DNA of 64,000 nt. It comes from Bacteroidota bacterium (lineage in GTDB: Bacteria; Bacteroidota; Bacteroidia; Bacteroidales; FEN-979). Shown in pieces: positions 1 through 10,693 of the stretch (position 1 is its first letter; the number at the start of each line of letters is the position of its first letter). The position numbers were made by a program, and so were the translations under genes. The notes under the pieces are model-generated. The model saw nothing but the letters and a program-made list of their open reading frames with translations, had not been told where the DNA came from and searched no databases. The DNA lies in contig JAPLDK010000054.1 in assembly GCA_026391775.1 (NCBI GenBank), positions 13,907-77,906 of the forward strand. Reading direction: 5' to 3'.

Positions 1-3000
1 TATAGTGAAGGAAGACAAGTCGGGAAAGCTGATTTATATCGGGCGTAAAGACCAGCAGGTTAAAATCAGAGGGTTCCGGATCGAGCTTTCAGAAATCGAA
101 CATGCCCTCCTTTCCGTTCCTTTTATCAGGCAGGCTATTGTGAAAGTTGTTGAAGACAGGCGAAACGGTAAGAGGTTGGTTGCCTATGTGGTATATCATG
201 AGAACAATTCCAGGCCGGTTAATGAATTGCGGAAAACACTGATGCGAGCATTGGCCGATTTCATGGTTCCTGAAGTTTTTGTCACGATGGAATCTCTGCC
301 TCAACTTGCCAATGGAAAAATTGACCGTAAATCATTGCCATTGCCGGGAATTCAAAGGCCTGACCTTGGCTACCCTGTTGTACCCCCCTCAACTGAGAAT
401 GAGAAAATGATGGTCCACATATGGGAAGAGGTTTTGGGGCTTGAAGGCTTAGGCACGGAGGATAACTTTTTTGATCTTGGCGGAAATTCATTAAAAGCCA
501 ATGCTATCGTGCTGGAGGTAAATTCGAGGACCGGGCTTGCCATTCAGATCAAAAGTATATTTGACTGTCTCACGCCCGGCAATCTGGCCGGGCATCCTGC
601 CTTTGCCATGGAAAACAGGAAAAGGGATGCAGCAAGGACAACCGTGCCCGTACAAGCCGAAGAGGATTTGAATGAAGACCAGTCATCTGATGGTGAGCCG
701 CGCGATATCCTGTATTCCGGCTTGTCAGAAAACCAGAAAGCATTGTGGTTCCTTCAAGAGGCCGAGCCCGGTCTTTCGGCCTATAATATTTTTTACAGTA
801 TTGCACTAAAAGGCGCATTGGATATAAGCTGTCTTGAAAAAGCCCTTCAGGAAATTACCAACAGACATGAATCTCTGAAAACAAAGTTTCCGACCGCCAA
901 AAAACAAACGGAGGAAATTACTACGGTTACAGATTGTAAAGTTTTGGAAATATTCCATTCAGGAGCGGAGAATCTTCCTTTATCAGAAGCCGATGCTCTG
1001 GAGCATGTCCGGAAAATTGCCACAGAACCATTTGACCTTGGATCGGGGCATCCATTCCGGTTTATTCTTTTTAAACTTGGCAATAATCAGCATCTTCTGG
1101 CATTTGTTGTACATCATATTGTTTTTGACGGTTTCTCATTCGAGGTTTTTTTGCAGGAGCTTTCGGTTTCTTACGACCATGCAAAGTCCGGCCTGAAACC
1201 TGGCCGACCTGACTCTGCATCTTCGTACACTCGGTTTTGCAGGGAAGAGAAGAAATACCTTGGCGGAGCTGATTATTCAGAGGACAGGGAATATTGGCAA
1301 AAACAGCTTTTGCATGTAACAACTTTCATTGAGATCCCTACCGATTTTGTACGACCTGAAACCTTTTCGCAAGAGGGAGGGCAGGTACGCAGAAAAATAA
1401 ATTCCCGGCTTAGGTCTGGGATCAAAGCTCAGAGCGATAAACTCGGAACAAGCATGTATATGACCTGCCTGGCTGCTTTTTCAATTCTCTTATACCGTCA
1501 TACAGGCCATAATGATTTTCTTATCGGAACTCCTGTCGCTAACCGGGTAAAAAAATCGTATCTCTCTGCAATAGGATATTTCGTCAATACTATATTATTT
1601 AGGGTAAAGATCGATCCCACGCTGTCCTTCAGTGACTGGGTGGCGACGGTTAAGGAGGCTATCCTCGAAAATCTTCCCCATTCGAGGTTCCCGTTCAGTC
1701 ATATGAACGAAGTTCTTAAAACAGATAGAATTCCGGGGATCAACCCGTTTTTTCAGATCATGTTTGCTTATCATGAAAACATTTGGGATTTTTCAACCCT
1801 GTCGGGTATTACGGGCAGTGCTGAGGAACAATTTTCAGGCAATTCCAAATTCGATATTTTTACTGAGATCTTCGACAATCATGAAGATGCGGAAATTGTC
1901 TTCACATTTTCAAGGAGACTGTACCAAAAAGAAACTATTGAGATCCTGCTCGATCATTTTATTCAACTTCTGGAGAATATCTGCCTTGCTCCCCAAACAA
2001 GGCTTAATGATCTCAGCCTTCTTTCCACCAGAGAGTTTAACAAGCTTATTTTTCAATGGAACCAGACCGCTTTTTCGCTGGATCCCAAAAGAACCTTAGT
2101 TGATCTGATAAATCTTCAGATCGAAAAAACTCCTGATCTGCCTGCGCTTGTTTCAAGGCAGGAAGTGATCTCATACCGGGAGATGGGTCATAAAACAGAT
2201 ATTATCACTGCAAATCTGCGACGTGCAGGAGTATATAGAGGGGTCCCTGTAGGAATTCATCTTGAAAACTCCCCGGCCATGGTCATGTGCATTATAGCTG
2301 TTTTCAAGGCAGGCGGTATATATATTCCCCTCGACCCGTATTATCCTGAGGAACGTCTCCGCTATGTCATTGAAAAGACCAGGATACGCTTCCTTGTTGT
2401 TGACCAGGAGAGGATAAACAGGAAGCAGGAATTATCGGAACAGATCATCCCTCTCAATGACCTTCTGGATGAATCGGCATTGCTCATGCCGGCAGTAGCA
2501 GAAGAACAAAACAGTTCGACCGACCTGGCATACATCATGTTCACTTCAGGTTCAACGGGGAATCCCAAAGGCGTGATGATCCGTCACGACAGCCTGATTA
2601 ATTTTTTAATCTGGATGAAAATGGAATTGAACGTTACGGACGGAGATACTTTTTTATCCACGACCTCTATAAATTTTGATATTTCATTTTGTGAGCTTTT
2701 CACTCCACTGATTAGCGGCGCCAGGCTGGTACTTGAAAAAAGAAGGGAACTGCAGGCTCCTGAAAAAGTGGAGGCCATTTTGAATGAGATGCAGGTGAAC
2801 ACGGTACAGTTCGTCCCCTCGGGGCTCAAGGCCTTATGCGATGCCGGTGTCCTGAAACGGGCCGGTTATCTTAAAAATATTATCTCGGGAGGAGAAAAAC
2901 TTTCAAGATCGCTGCAGGAACAGATTTTCCTGGATTTTGATGGCACCTTGATAAACCTCTATGGCCCGACTGAAGCCACGGTATATATGGCTTGCTGGCA

Positions 3001-3952
3001 TTGCCGCCGTAACAGCCCCCTCAGGATGGTTCCGATTGGTTTCCCTGTTTTCAACGCGTTCATGTATATCCTGAATGAAAACCTGGAACCGGTCCCGATA
3101 GGTGTGACCGGTGAGATTTATATCGGAGGATATGTTCTTGCAGATGGTTACTTCGAAGACCCGGATCAGACAACAACGCGGTTCCTTCCCGATCCTTTCA
3201 GGAAAGATGAAGGGAGTAAAATATACAGGACCGGCGACCTGGGCAGATATTTGTTTGACGGGGCCGTCGAATTCCTTGGCAGGACCGACCATCAGGTAAA
3301 AGTGAGGGGATTCCGGATCGAACTGGGTGAAGTTGAAACGATAATTCTTCGTTTCCCGGGGATCCGAAGAGTGTTTGTTAATGCCCGGGAACAAAAGGAG
3401 GAGGATGTCCGGTTGACTGCCTTTATTGTCCCTGGACCTGAGACAAAAATACAAGAGAATGAACTCAGGGACTTTTTACGTCTTCATTTACCGGCGTACA
3501 TGATTCCGGGAAATTTCATCATAGCGCCATCCATTCCTACTCTTCCAAACGGCAAGACGGATTTTAAGGCGCTAATGAATTTACGCCCGAGTGTGCCAAA
3601 AATCCCGGAATTTTTCCAACATCGGATGAATGAGACAGAGGCCCTGCTTTCAGGGATTTGGAAAGAGATACTTGATCATGAAGCCTTCACCCTACAGGAT
3701 AATTTCTTTGAAGTGGGAGGTCACTCATTACTTCTCGTAAAGATGAAAGACCTGATTGCGGAAAAAATCAACACTGAAGTCAGCATAGTCGATCTTTTTC
3801 ATTATCCGACGCTCCGGAGCCTTGCAGCATTCCTGCGCAAGGATAAGCCGGATCATTCCTATGGAGATATCGCAAAGAGGGTTGAAATGCGGAACAAGTT
3901 TATCAGGCAACAGATCAATAAACGAATTTTTCCCGATAACAATCATTCCTAA
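1..3952 (+). CDS. Non-ribosomal peptide synthetase, 5'-truncated by the window edge: (A-domain tail)-PCP-C-A-PCP
   Basis: The track ORF 5..3952 begins inside an adenylation domain: GRKDQQVKIRGFRIELSEIE is the A8 core and LANGKIDRK is A10. First carrier motif FFDLGGNSLKA (Ser codon 488-490). Condensation motif HHIVFDG (1112-1132). Second A domain: LAYIMFTSGSTGNPKGV (A3, from 2525), YRTGDLGRY (A7), GRTDHQVKVRGFRIELGEVE (A8), LPNGKTD (A10). Second carrier motif FFEVGGHSLLLV (Ser codon 3725-3727). Confidence 0.95.
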   Translation, partial: IVKEDKSGKLIYIGRKDQQVKIRGFRIELSEIEHALLSVPFIRQAIVKVVEDRRNGKRLVAYVVYHENNSRPVNELRKTLMRALADFMVPEVFVTMESLPQLANGKIDRKSLPLPGIQRPDLGYPVVPPSTENEKMMVHIWEEVLGLEGLGTEDNFFDLGGNSLKANAIVLEVNSRTGLAIQIKSIFDCLTPGNLAGHPAFAMENRKRDAARTTVPVQAEEDLNEDQSSDGEPRDILYSGLSENQKALWFLQEAEPGLSAYNIFYSIALKGALDISCLEKALQEITNRHESLKTKFPTAKKQTEEITTVTDCKVLEIFHSGAENLPLSEADALEHVRKIATEPFDLGSGHPFRFILFKLGNNQHLLAFVVHHIVFDGFSFEVFLQELSVSYDHAKSGLKPGRPDSASSYTRFCREEKKYLGGADYSEDREYWQKQLLHVTTFIEIPTDFVRPETFSQEGGQVRRKINSRLRSGIKAQSDKLGTSMYMTCLAAFSILLYRHTGHNDFLIGTPVANRVKKSYLSAIGYFVNTILFRVKIDPTLSFSDWVATVKEAILENLPHSRFPFSHMNEVLKTDRIPGINPFFQIMFAYHENIWDFSTLSGITGSAEEQFSGNSKFDIFTEIFDNHEDAEIVFTFSRRLYQKETIEILLDHFIQLLENICLAPQTRLNDLSLLSTREFNKLIFQWNQTAFSLDPKRTLVDLINLQIEKTPDLPALVSRQEVISYREMGHKTDIITANLRRAGVYRGVPVGIHLENSPAMVMCIIAVFKAGGIYIPLDPYYPEERLRYVIEKTRIRFLVVDQERINRKQELSEQIIPLNDLLDESALLMPAVAEEQNSSTDLAYIMFTSGSTGNPKGVMIRHDSLINFLIWMKMELNVTDGDTFLSTTSINFDISFCELFTPLISGARLVLEKRRELQAPEKVEAILNEMQVNTVQFVPSGLKALCDAGVLKRAGYLKNIISGGEKLSRSLQEQIFLDFDGTLINLYGPTEATVYMACWHCRRNSPLRMVPIGFPVFNAFMYILNENLEPVPIGVTGEIYIGGYVLADGYFEDPDQTTTRFLPDPFRKDEGSKIYRTGDLGRYLFDGAVEFLGRTDHQVKVRGFRIELGEVETIILRFPGIRRVFVNAREQKEEDVRLTAFIVPGPETKIQENELRDFLRLHLPAYMIPGNFIIAPSIPTLPNGKTDFKALMNLRPSVPKIPEFFQHRMNETEALLSGIWKEILDHEAFTLQDNFFEVGGHSLLLVKMKDLIAEKINTEVSIVDLFHYPTLRSLAAFLRKDKPDHSYGDIAKRVEMRNKFIRQQINKRIFPDNNHS

Positions 3953-3963
3953 CACTATATACT

Positions 3964-6900
3964 ATGCAATCAGATGAAATTCAGAGCCTGGACGGTAAAG
4001 TTGCAATTGTCGGAATGGCCTGCCGCCTGCCCGGTGCAAAAAATATTTATGAATACTGGAAGAACCTGTTGGATGGATTGGAAACACTAAGCACTTTTAC
4101 AGATGAGGATCTGATTGCATCCGGGGTTGACCCTGGGGTTTTCAAACAACCGAATTATATCAGGAGCCGCGGTATTATTAACGGAGCGGAGTATTTCGAT
4201 GCAGAGTTCTTCGGGTACACTCCCCGGGAGGCTGAATTGATGGATCCCCAGCAGAGGATTTTTCTGGAATGTGCATGGCATGCTCTGGAAGATGCAGGAT
4301 GTGATCCCTACAATACAAAAGAACGGATTGGCGTATTTGGTGGCACAGGCACACCACTGCATCTTGTTTCGACCATGGGAAATAGCTGGGTAAGGAAAAA
4401 TGCAAGCGGAGCATCCATCGTTACCAGCAACGACAAAGACTATGTTACTACGAGAGTATCATATAAGCTTAACCTCACGGGCCCCAGTGTGAATGTCCAG
4501 TGCGCCTGTTCCACCTCAATGGTGGCCGTGGTATTGGGGATTAACAGCCTGATGAATTACCAAAGTGACCTTATCATAGCAGGGGGGGCCACTATTGAAA
4601 TCCCCGAGAAGCATGGATATATTTACCAGGCCGGAGGAATGGAATCGGCTGACGGGCATTGCCGGACGTTTGACAAGGATGCCAACGGAACTGTTTTCAG
4701 CCGGGGGTGTGGAGTTGTCATTTTGAAACGCCTGGAAGATGCCATCCGTGATCACAATACCATTTATGCCGTGATCCTAGGCGGCGCCATTAATAATGAT
4801 GGGAACAAGAAAATTGGGTTTACTGCTCCTTCGGTTGAAGGGCAGGTAGAGGTAATCACCGAAGCTATTGCCTTATCCGAAATATCCGCCGACACCATTA
4901 CGTATGTCGAGGCTCATGGAACGGCAACACCCATTGGGGATCCCATTGAGGTCACCTCGCTTTCGGAGGCATTCGGGCAGTATTCAAACCGTAAACAGTA
5001 TTGCGCAATCGGATCAGTGAAAACCAATATCGGCCATACCGACATCGCGTCGGGTGCAGCGAGTCTGATAAAAACCGCTCTCTGTCTTAAGAACAGGCAA
5101 ATCCCTGCCTCCCTGCATTTCAACGAGGCAAACCCGAAGATTGACTTTCAGAACAGCCCATTCTTTGTCAATACCCAACTCAGAAACTGGCAGCCCGAAA
5201 ATGGGATGCCTCTGCGTGCTCTTGTGAATGCTTTCGGTGTAGGCGGGACCAATGCCTGTATTATTCTTGAGGAAGCTCCGGCTGGCGGCACCGAACTTAA
5301 TAAACTTCCCTGTGACCTCATCCTGGTCTCGGGTCGCAGCCATAATGCAGTCATTGCAGCCCAGGCAGAGATCAAAGCCTTTCTCGAAGCATATCCTGAC
5401 ATTGACCCCCATGCAATAGCATTTACTTCGCGTTATGGCAGGCACCATTTCCTTAACGGGGCAGCCATACCATTCCGGAACAGGGAAGAACTGCTTTCCG
5501 GGCTTGGCACAAAGAACGCCACAACCATCAAATCAGTGGAGAAAAGACCGGTAGTTTTTATGTTCCCGGGCCAGGGAAATCAGTATATCCGTATGGGTTT
5601 GCCTTTGTATGAAACCCAGGAGGTGTTTAGAAAGACCATTGATGAATGTGCAGAGATACTGAAAGAAGAGCTGGGGTTTGACATAAGAGACATATTATTC
5701 CCTTCGGCTGCCGATGAAGAAACTGCTGCCCTGAAGATTAATGAAACATATATCACACAACCGGCGCTTTTCATGGTAAGCTATGCCCAGGCCCAGCTAC
5801 TGATTTCCCTGGGAATTAAGCCAGACATGCTTATAGGTCACAGTGTTGGTGAATATGTGGCAGCCACAATCTCAGGAGTTTTTTCTCTGAAAGATGCCCT
5901 GAAAGCTGTTGCCCGCAGGGGCCGACTTGTTCAGGATTTGCCCATAGGAGCCATGCTGGCAATACTGCTTACCGAAGAACAGCTGGGACCAATGCTTCCA
6001 AAAGGGCTTGAAATTGCAGTCCTGAACAGCCCCGGATTATGTGTTGTATCAGGCCCTGTGGAACTTATTGACAGTTTCGCAGAAGAACTGAACAAAACCA
6101 AAACCTTCAATAAAAAAATTCCGACTTCACACGCATTTCATTCGGCAATGATGGAACCTGCTTTGCCTGCTTTCGCAAAATTTTTCAAAGAAATAAACCT
6201 TTCTCCTCCGACCATTCCAATTGCCTCTACTGTAACCGGACAATGGTTAAGCCCGGAGGAATCAACCAATCCCGATTTCTGGGTAAACCATGTTCGGAAA
6301 ACCGTTCGCTTTGCAGATGCCGCCAAATTATGTCTTGATGCAGCTCCTGCCGTTTTTATAGAATCAGGCCCGGGTCAATCCCTTGAATCTGCTGTAAAAC
6401 GCCAGCTTGTAAAAGATAATCCTCATGGTGTAATCAGCACAATCCCTGTAGTGGATAGCAACACCGATCCATTAATTTACTTTTACTCCGCACTGGGTCA
6501 GATCTGGGCCAATGGCGATTATTTTAAATGGAATCTGTTTGATAAAACCAAACGAAAACTGGTCTCTTATCCGGGTTATCCCTTCGAGCGCAAACCCTAT
6601 ATCATCGATTTTTCGCATAAGGACGGGGTCAAAGCCAAATCTGAAAACAAAAAGAAATCTGATATTAACCAATGGTTCTATATACCCGGCTGGAAAAGGT
6701 CTGCTCCACCTCAGCGGATACCGGTCAATGGCATGGCTATTGCGGACCTGGCTTCGGAGATGGACTGCTGGTTGCTCTTTTCTGATGAACTGGGCCTGTG
6801 CAGGGAAATTGCCAATGAACTTAATGCTGGAGGTTTAAGCTGCTTCACTGTAAAAACAGGTCTGGACTTTGCCCGTGAGAAGGAAGGATTTACCATTGAC

Positions 6901-9546
6901 CCCGGCCGAAAGGAACATTATATTAAACTTATAAAGTCACTTAAATCTGAAAACTGGAATCCTGCCAATGTAATTTTTGCCTGGAATTACAGTAAGGCAC
7001 CGGTAACAGGCCATCTGGCACCCATTTATTCAGAGCAGCTTGCGGCAGCTCATTTTTACAGCCCTTTGTATCTTGAGCAGGCGCTCATCAGCGAAGGTTT
7101 CGTGAAAAACCAGTTCCTGCTGTTCGTGGTCAACCATCTTTTTGATGTCACTGGTGAGGAAGTTTTAGCACCTGAAAAGGCTTTGTGTGCGGGTGCGGCA
7201 CGTGTGATCGGGCAGGAACATCCGGGGATCATTTCCCGGATGGTCGATCTCCCCGCTTTTTTGGAACCCGATCAATTGAAAGAACTGGCATCTACCGTGA
7301 TCAGTGAGTGCCGGCTGGCCTCTGATGACACGATTGTTGCTTACCGTCATGGTTATCGCTGGGTTGAAGATTACACGCAGGTTTGCCCCGAAAGCGGGGG
7401 GCTTTCGGAGAAATCTTTGACTGATCATGGAGTTTACTTTATTACAGGTGGCATAAGCGGGGTTGGAATGGAACTTGCAAAATTTATAGCCCGTACGGTA
7501 AAATCCACCCTGGTGCTGACTCACAGGTCACCTCTCCCTCAACGCATCGAATGGCCTGATATTGCTAAATCGGCTGGACGTGATGACCGCGATGCCATGC
7601 GCGTACGCGATGTCATGGAGTTGGAATCGCTGGGTGCAACTGTGATCCTTGCTCAACTGGATGCCTCTGATTATGAAGGGACAAAGAACCTTGTGCATAA
7701 AATTGAAAAGGAACACGGGCCAATCAGGGGGGTACTGCATTCTGCCGGCATGCCGGGTGCAGGCGTCATTGCTTTGAAAGAAAAAGAACTGGCTGACCTT
7801 GTACTGAAGTCCAAATTCCACGGAACATTGATATTGCATGATATTTTCAGGGGACGAAAGCTGGATTTCTTCTTCCTCTTCTCCTCAGTCTCCTCCATTT
7901 TTGGTGAAGCCGCAAGGATTGATTATTGCGGATCCAATTCGTTCATGGATTCCTTTGCACAATACCGTAAAAGGCTAATGGGCGATGGCACGCTTTCCAT
8001 CAACTGGGGGCAATGGGGAGTAGTTGGAATGGCAGCCAGCTGGGAAAAAGCAAAAGCTGAAAAGAAACAGCTTTTACAATCGGGAAAGCTACTGAAACAA
8101 ACGGATATCAGGAACGGAATAAGGCTGGAATTACGATCTTCAGATAATGATCAGGATATTTATCAGGTCGACATCGATCCCGAACGTGACTGGGTGTTAA
8201 ACTCTCATCTTCTTTCGGGGAAGCCGGCTTTTCTGGGGATATCCACACTGGAGATTCTCAACCAATATGTCAACATTAAAAATCCGGCTGGTCATCTTGA
8301 AGTCCTGAACTTTTCATTCGTGACACCACTCATTTATGATGCAGGAATCAGCAGGAATATACGTTTGCTGGTAAAGCCTTCAGGCGATGCATTGTCATTC
8401 CGTATCAGCAGTAAAGAGATAAAAGGCGAATCTGCGCGGGAAGTTTGGATGGATCACGTTAAAGGGGAATTCAATATATCTTCAGGTTTGTCTTCTTTAA
8501 GCATCAACATTCAGGAACTGTCAAAGCGAATCGGAGGAACTACCGACAACATACCTCATTTCCTTGAATTACTTAACGAAGAAAACAGATCCGTTTTAAA
8601 ATATGGTAACCGTTGGGATTGCAAGAGATCCGCTCAATCAAACGGAAAGGAGTTTATCATCGAAGTCAAACTCAGGGATGAGTTTCTTGACGATCTGAAA
8701 TACTTCACCCTGCATCCGGCTATGCTTGATGTAGCTACATCAAGCTGTATTCAATATGTTGACATGAATCTGTATCTCCCGTACTCATATAAAAATGTTA
8801 AAGTTCACCTTCCTCTGCCAGCACATTTCTGGTGCCACCTTAAAATCAGCGAAGACTGGAAAGCAGAGGATGAAGAATTGAAATTTGAAGTAGAGATCGC
8901 AGATAAAGAGAACCGCCTTCTATTGAGCATTGGGCAGGTTTCCTTCCGTCGCCTGAAGCAGAATTTCGGCAGTTTTAAAAATTCGTCTTCCAAAGGTTCA
9001 TCGCCGAAACCGGTCCAGGAGACCAGCTACTTCGAAGGAAAGAACGACATACTCCCCGATGAGGGTGTTGAAGTGTTTAAGCGCCTTCTCAACTTTAAGC
9101 AGTTCCCACAACTTGTGATCAGTACAACCAACCTGAACCAGGACATTCTTGAGGAAAGGCCTTCGTACAAAAAATGGGAAAAACAGGAAAAAGAAGAAGA
9201 TAAGCAAGAAAGTGCCTCCACCTATGAGCGGCCCCAGCTATCGACTCCTTTTGAGGCTCCGTCCAACGAAATCGAAAATGCGGTAGCTGGTATTTGGAAA
9301 GGTATACTTGGGATCGAAAAAATAGGGGTAAATGACACGTTTATGGAACTTGGAGGGAATTCACTCCTTGCAATTCAAACTATCTCTAATATTGCAGATG
9401 AGTTTGATCTGGAACTCCAGCCGAATGTATTTTTTGAGAACCCTACAATTAAAGGATTATCGGATCGGATTGTGGAAATGATCATTGCAATGAAAGGATC
9501 CGAAAATATTGAAGCCATGCTGAAGGAGATGGAAAATGAACAATGA
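3964..9546 (+). CDS. Type I polyketide synthase module, motif order KS-AT-(psiKR)KR-DH-ACP
   Basis: KS: DPQQR, VQCACSTSMVAV (Cys codon about 4507), EAHGTATPIGDPIE, GSVKTNIGHTDIASG. AT: GHSVGEYVAA (Ser codon 5842-5844) and HAFHS. Post-AT linker YPGYPFERKPY. KR: YFITGGISGVGMELA (from about 7444) and SSVSS...YCGSN. DH-like double hotdog after the KR: NSHLLSGKPAFLG (His codon about 8206) and LHPAMLDVATS. ACP: FMELGGNSLLAIQ (Ser codon 9361-9363). Confidence 0.95.
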   Translation: MQSDEIQSLDGKVAIVGMACRLPGAKNIYEYWKNLLDGLETLSTFTDEDLIASGVDPGVFKQPNYIRSRGIINGAEYFDAEFFGYTPREAELMDPQQRIFLECAWHALEDAGCDPYNTKERIGVFGGTGTPLHLVSTMGNSWVRKNASGASIVTSNDKDYVTTRVSYKLNLTGPSVNVQCACSTSMVAVVLGINSLMNYQSDLIIAGGATIEIPEKHGYIYQAGGMESADGHCRTFDKDANGTVFSRGCGVVILKRLEDAIRDHNTIYAVILGGAINNDGNKKIGFTAPSVEGQVEVITEAIALSEISADTITYVEAHGTATPIGDPIEVTSLSEAFGQYSNRKQYCAIGSVKTNIGHTDIASGAASLIKTALCLKNRQIPASLHFNEANPKIDFQNSPFFVNTQLRNWQPENGMPLRALVNAFGVGGTNACIILEEAPAGGTELNKLPCDLILVSGRSHNAVIAAQAEIKAFLEAYPDIDPHAIAFTSRYGRHHFLNGAAIPFRNREELLSGLGTKNATTIKSVEKRPVVFMFPGQGNQYIRMGLPLYETQEVFRKTIDECAEILKEELGFDIRDILFPSAADEETAALKINETYITQPALFMVSYAQAQLLISLGIKPDMLIGHSVGEYVAATISGVFSLKDALKAVARRGRLVQDLPIGAMLAILLTEEQLGPMLPKGLEIAVLNSPGLCVVSGPVELIDSFAEELNKTKTFNKKIPTSHAFHSAMMEPALPAFAKFFKEINLSPPTIPIASTVTGQWLSPEESTNPDFWVNHVRKTVRFADAAKLCLDAAPAVFIESGPGQSLESAVKRQLVKDNPHGVISTIPVVDSNTDPLIYFYSALGQIWANGDYFKWNLFDKTKRKLVSYPGYPFERKPYIIDFSHKDGVKAKSENKKKSDINQWFYIPGWKRSAPPQRIPVNGMAIADLASEMDCWLLFSDELGLCREIANELNAGGLSCFTVKTGLDFAREKEGFTIDPGRKEHYIKLIKSLKSENWNPANVIFAWNYSKAPVTGHLAPIYSEQLAAAHFYSPLYLEQALISEGFVKNQFLLFVVNHLFDVTGEEVLAPEKALCAGAARVIGQEHPGIISRMVDLPAFLEPDQLKELASTVISECRLASDDTIVAYRHGYRWVEDYTQVCPESGGLSEKSLTDHGVYFITGGISGVGMELAKFIARTVKSTLVLTHRSPLPQRIEWPDIAKSAGRDDRDAMRVRDVMELESLGATVILAQLDASDYEGTKNLVHKIEKEHGPIRGVLHSAGMPGAGVIALKEKELADLVLKSKFHGTLILHDIFRGRKLDFFFLFSSVSSIFGEAARIDYCGSNSFMDSFAQYRKRLMGDGTLSINWGQWGVVGMAASWEKAKAEKKQLLQSGKLLKQTDIRNGIRLELRSSDNDQDIYQVDIDPERDWVLNSHLLSGKPAFLGISTLEILNQYVNIKNPAGHLEVLNFSFVTPLIYDAGISRNIRLLVKPSGDALSFRISSKEIKGESAREVWMDHVKGEFNISSGLSSLSINIQELSKRIGGTTDNIPHFLELLNEENRSVLKYGNRWDCKRSAQSNGKEFIIEVKLRDEFLDDLKYFTLHPAMLDVATSSCIQYVDMNLYLPYSYKNVKVHLPLPAHFWCHLKISEDWKAEDEELKFEVEIADKENRLLLSIGQVSFRRLKQNFGSFKNSSSKGSSPKPVQETSYFEGKNDILPDEGVEVFKRLLNFKQFPQLVISTTNLNQDILEERPSYKKWEKQEKEEDKQESASTYERPQLSTPFEAPSNEIENAVAGIWKGILGIEKIGVNDTFMELGGNSLLAIQTISNIADEFDLELQPNVFFENPTIKGLSDRIVEMIIAMKGSENIEAMLKEMENEQ

Positions 9547-10681
9547 TGAACTGTTAAAAAAAATCGCAGGCCTCAGTCCCGAAAAAAAGGAAGCCTTGCT
9601 GAGACGGCTTGGCTATTCTTCAGGAAAAAGTGTGGAAGATGTTAGCAAAACTTTACTGAACAAACAGCCGGTGTATGACTGTTTCAACTGCGATCCTGGT
9701 AATCCAGGCTCATTGAATTTTAGTTTCAGAGAGGCCGTTGCTGCAGATCCTCCCGCCGGTTACATACAGGTTAGGGCAAAAGCTGCCGGCCTTAATTACC
9801 GGGATCTGATGATCGCTATGGGACAATATCCTGAAGCTCCCGGTGTGCCTTCAAATATGGGTTCCGATTATTCCGGGGTCGTCACCCGCGTTGGACCTGG
9901 TGTGAAAGAGATCAGTGAAGGAGATGAAGTGATTGCTTTGTCGGCCGGAACTTTCATTGACGGGAAAGTACAGCCGGTAAGCCATTTTATCAATCTTTTC
10001 AATTTGTCGGAACTCCAGGTTGTTCCTAAACCGCCTTTTCTGAGCTTTGCGGAAGCAGCTGCGCTGCCAACTGTGTTTTTAACAGCTTTTTCGGGATTAA
10101 TAAGGCTTGCTAACCTTACCGGGGGCGAATCGGTGTTGATCCATACTGCGACCGGTGGTGTAGGGCTTGCTGCACTGGAAATTGCAGGCTGGAAGAAAGC
10201 AAAAATATATGCTACAGCAGGATCGCCTGAGAAAAGGGAATTTCTGAAGCAAAAGGGCGTCCTCCATCCCATGGATTCGAGATCAACTGCCTTCGGCGAT
10301 GAAATCATGGAGCTAACAAAAGGCAGGGGAGTCGATGTTGTTTTAAATACACTTTCGGGAAATGCGATGATGAAAGGGATAGAAATACTTTCACCATTCG
10401 GCCGCTTTATTCAGATCGATAAAAAGGATATTGCGAGAAACACCCCTTTGCCGATGAAATTGCTCCGGAATGGGATCACTTTTGCGGTACTGGATATTTC
10501 ATTATACCTGATCCAACCGCGAAAATTAAAGGAACAACTCCTGGCGATCGCAGCACTTTTCAATGCCGGGGTTTTTAAACCTATCCCTTGTGTGACTTTC
10601 CCGGTAGGACAGGTAAAAGAAGCGCTGAATGCCTTATCCCGCTCAAAACATATCGGAAAACTTGTGCTGACATATCCCTGA
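9536..10681 (+). CDS. Stand-alone enoyl reductase (MDR / quinone-oxidoreductase-like PKS_ER) with a short N-terminal docking-like extension
   Basis: It overlaps the PKS stop by 11 nt. MDR motifs: AAGLNYRDLMIAMGQYP, SDYSGVVTRVGPGV, GESVLIHTATGGVGLAALEIA (nucleotide-binding glycine motif), GRGVDVVLNTLSG. The first ~35 aa (MNNDELLKKIAGLSPEKKEALLRRLG) are not part of the MDR fold. Confidence 0.85.
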   Translation: MNNDELLKKIAGLSPEKKEALLRRLGYSSGKSVEDVSKTLLNKQPVYDCFNCDPGNPGSLNFSFREAVAADPPAGYIQVRAKAAGLNYRDLMIAMGQYPEAPGVPSNMGSDYSGVVTRVGPGVKEISEGDEVIALSAGTFIDGKVQPVSHFINLFNLSELQVVPKPPFLSFAEAAALPTVFLTAFSGLIRLANLTGGESVLIHTATGGVGLAALEIAGWKKAKIYATAGSPEKREFLKQKGVLHPMDSRSTAFGDEIMELTKGRGVDVVLNTLSGNAMMKGIEILSPFGRFIQIDKKDIARNTPLPMKLLRNGITFAVLDISLYLIQPRKLKEQLLAIAALFNAGVFKPIPCVTFPVGQVKEALNALSRSKHIGKLVLTYP

Positions 10682-10693
10682 TGGTTTAAAATA

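Noticed and set aside
2903-3454. 183-aa minus-strand ORF inside the NRPS adenylation domain, and similar shadow ORFs across 1-15 kb
   Set aside because: The plus strand encodes contiguous A7/A8/A10 core motifs across this region, so the antisense ORFs are shadows.
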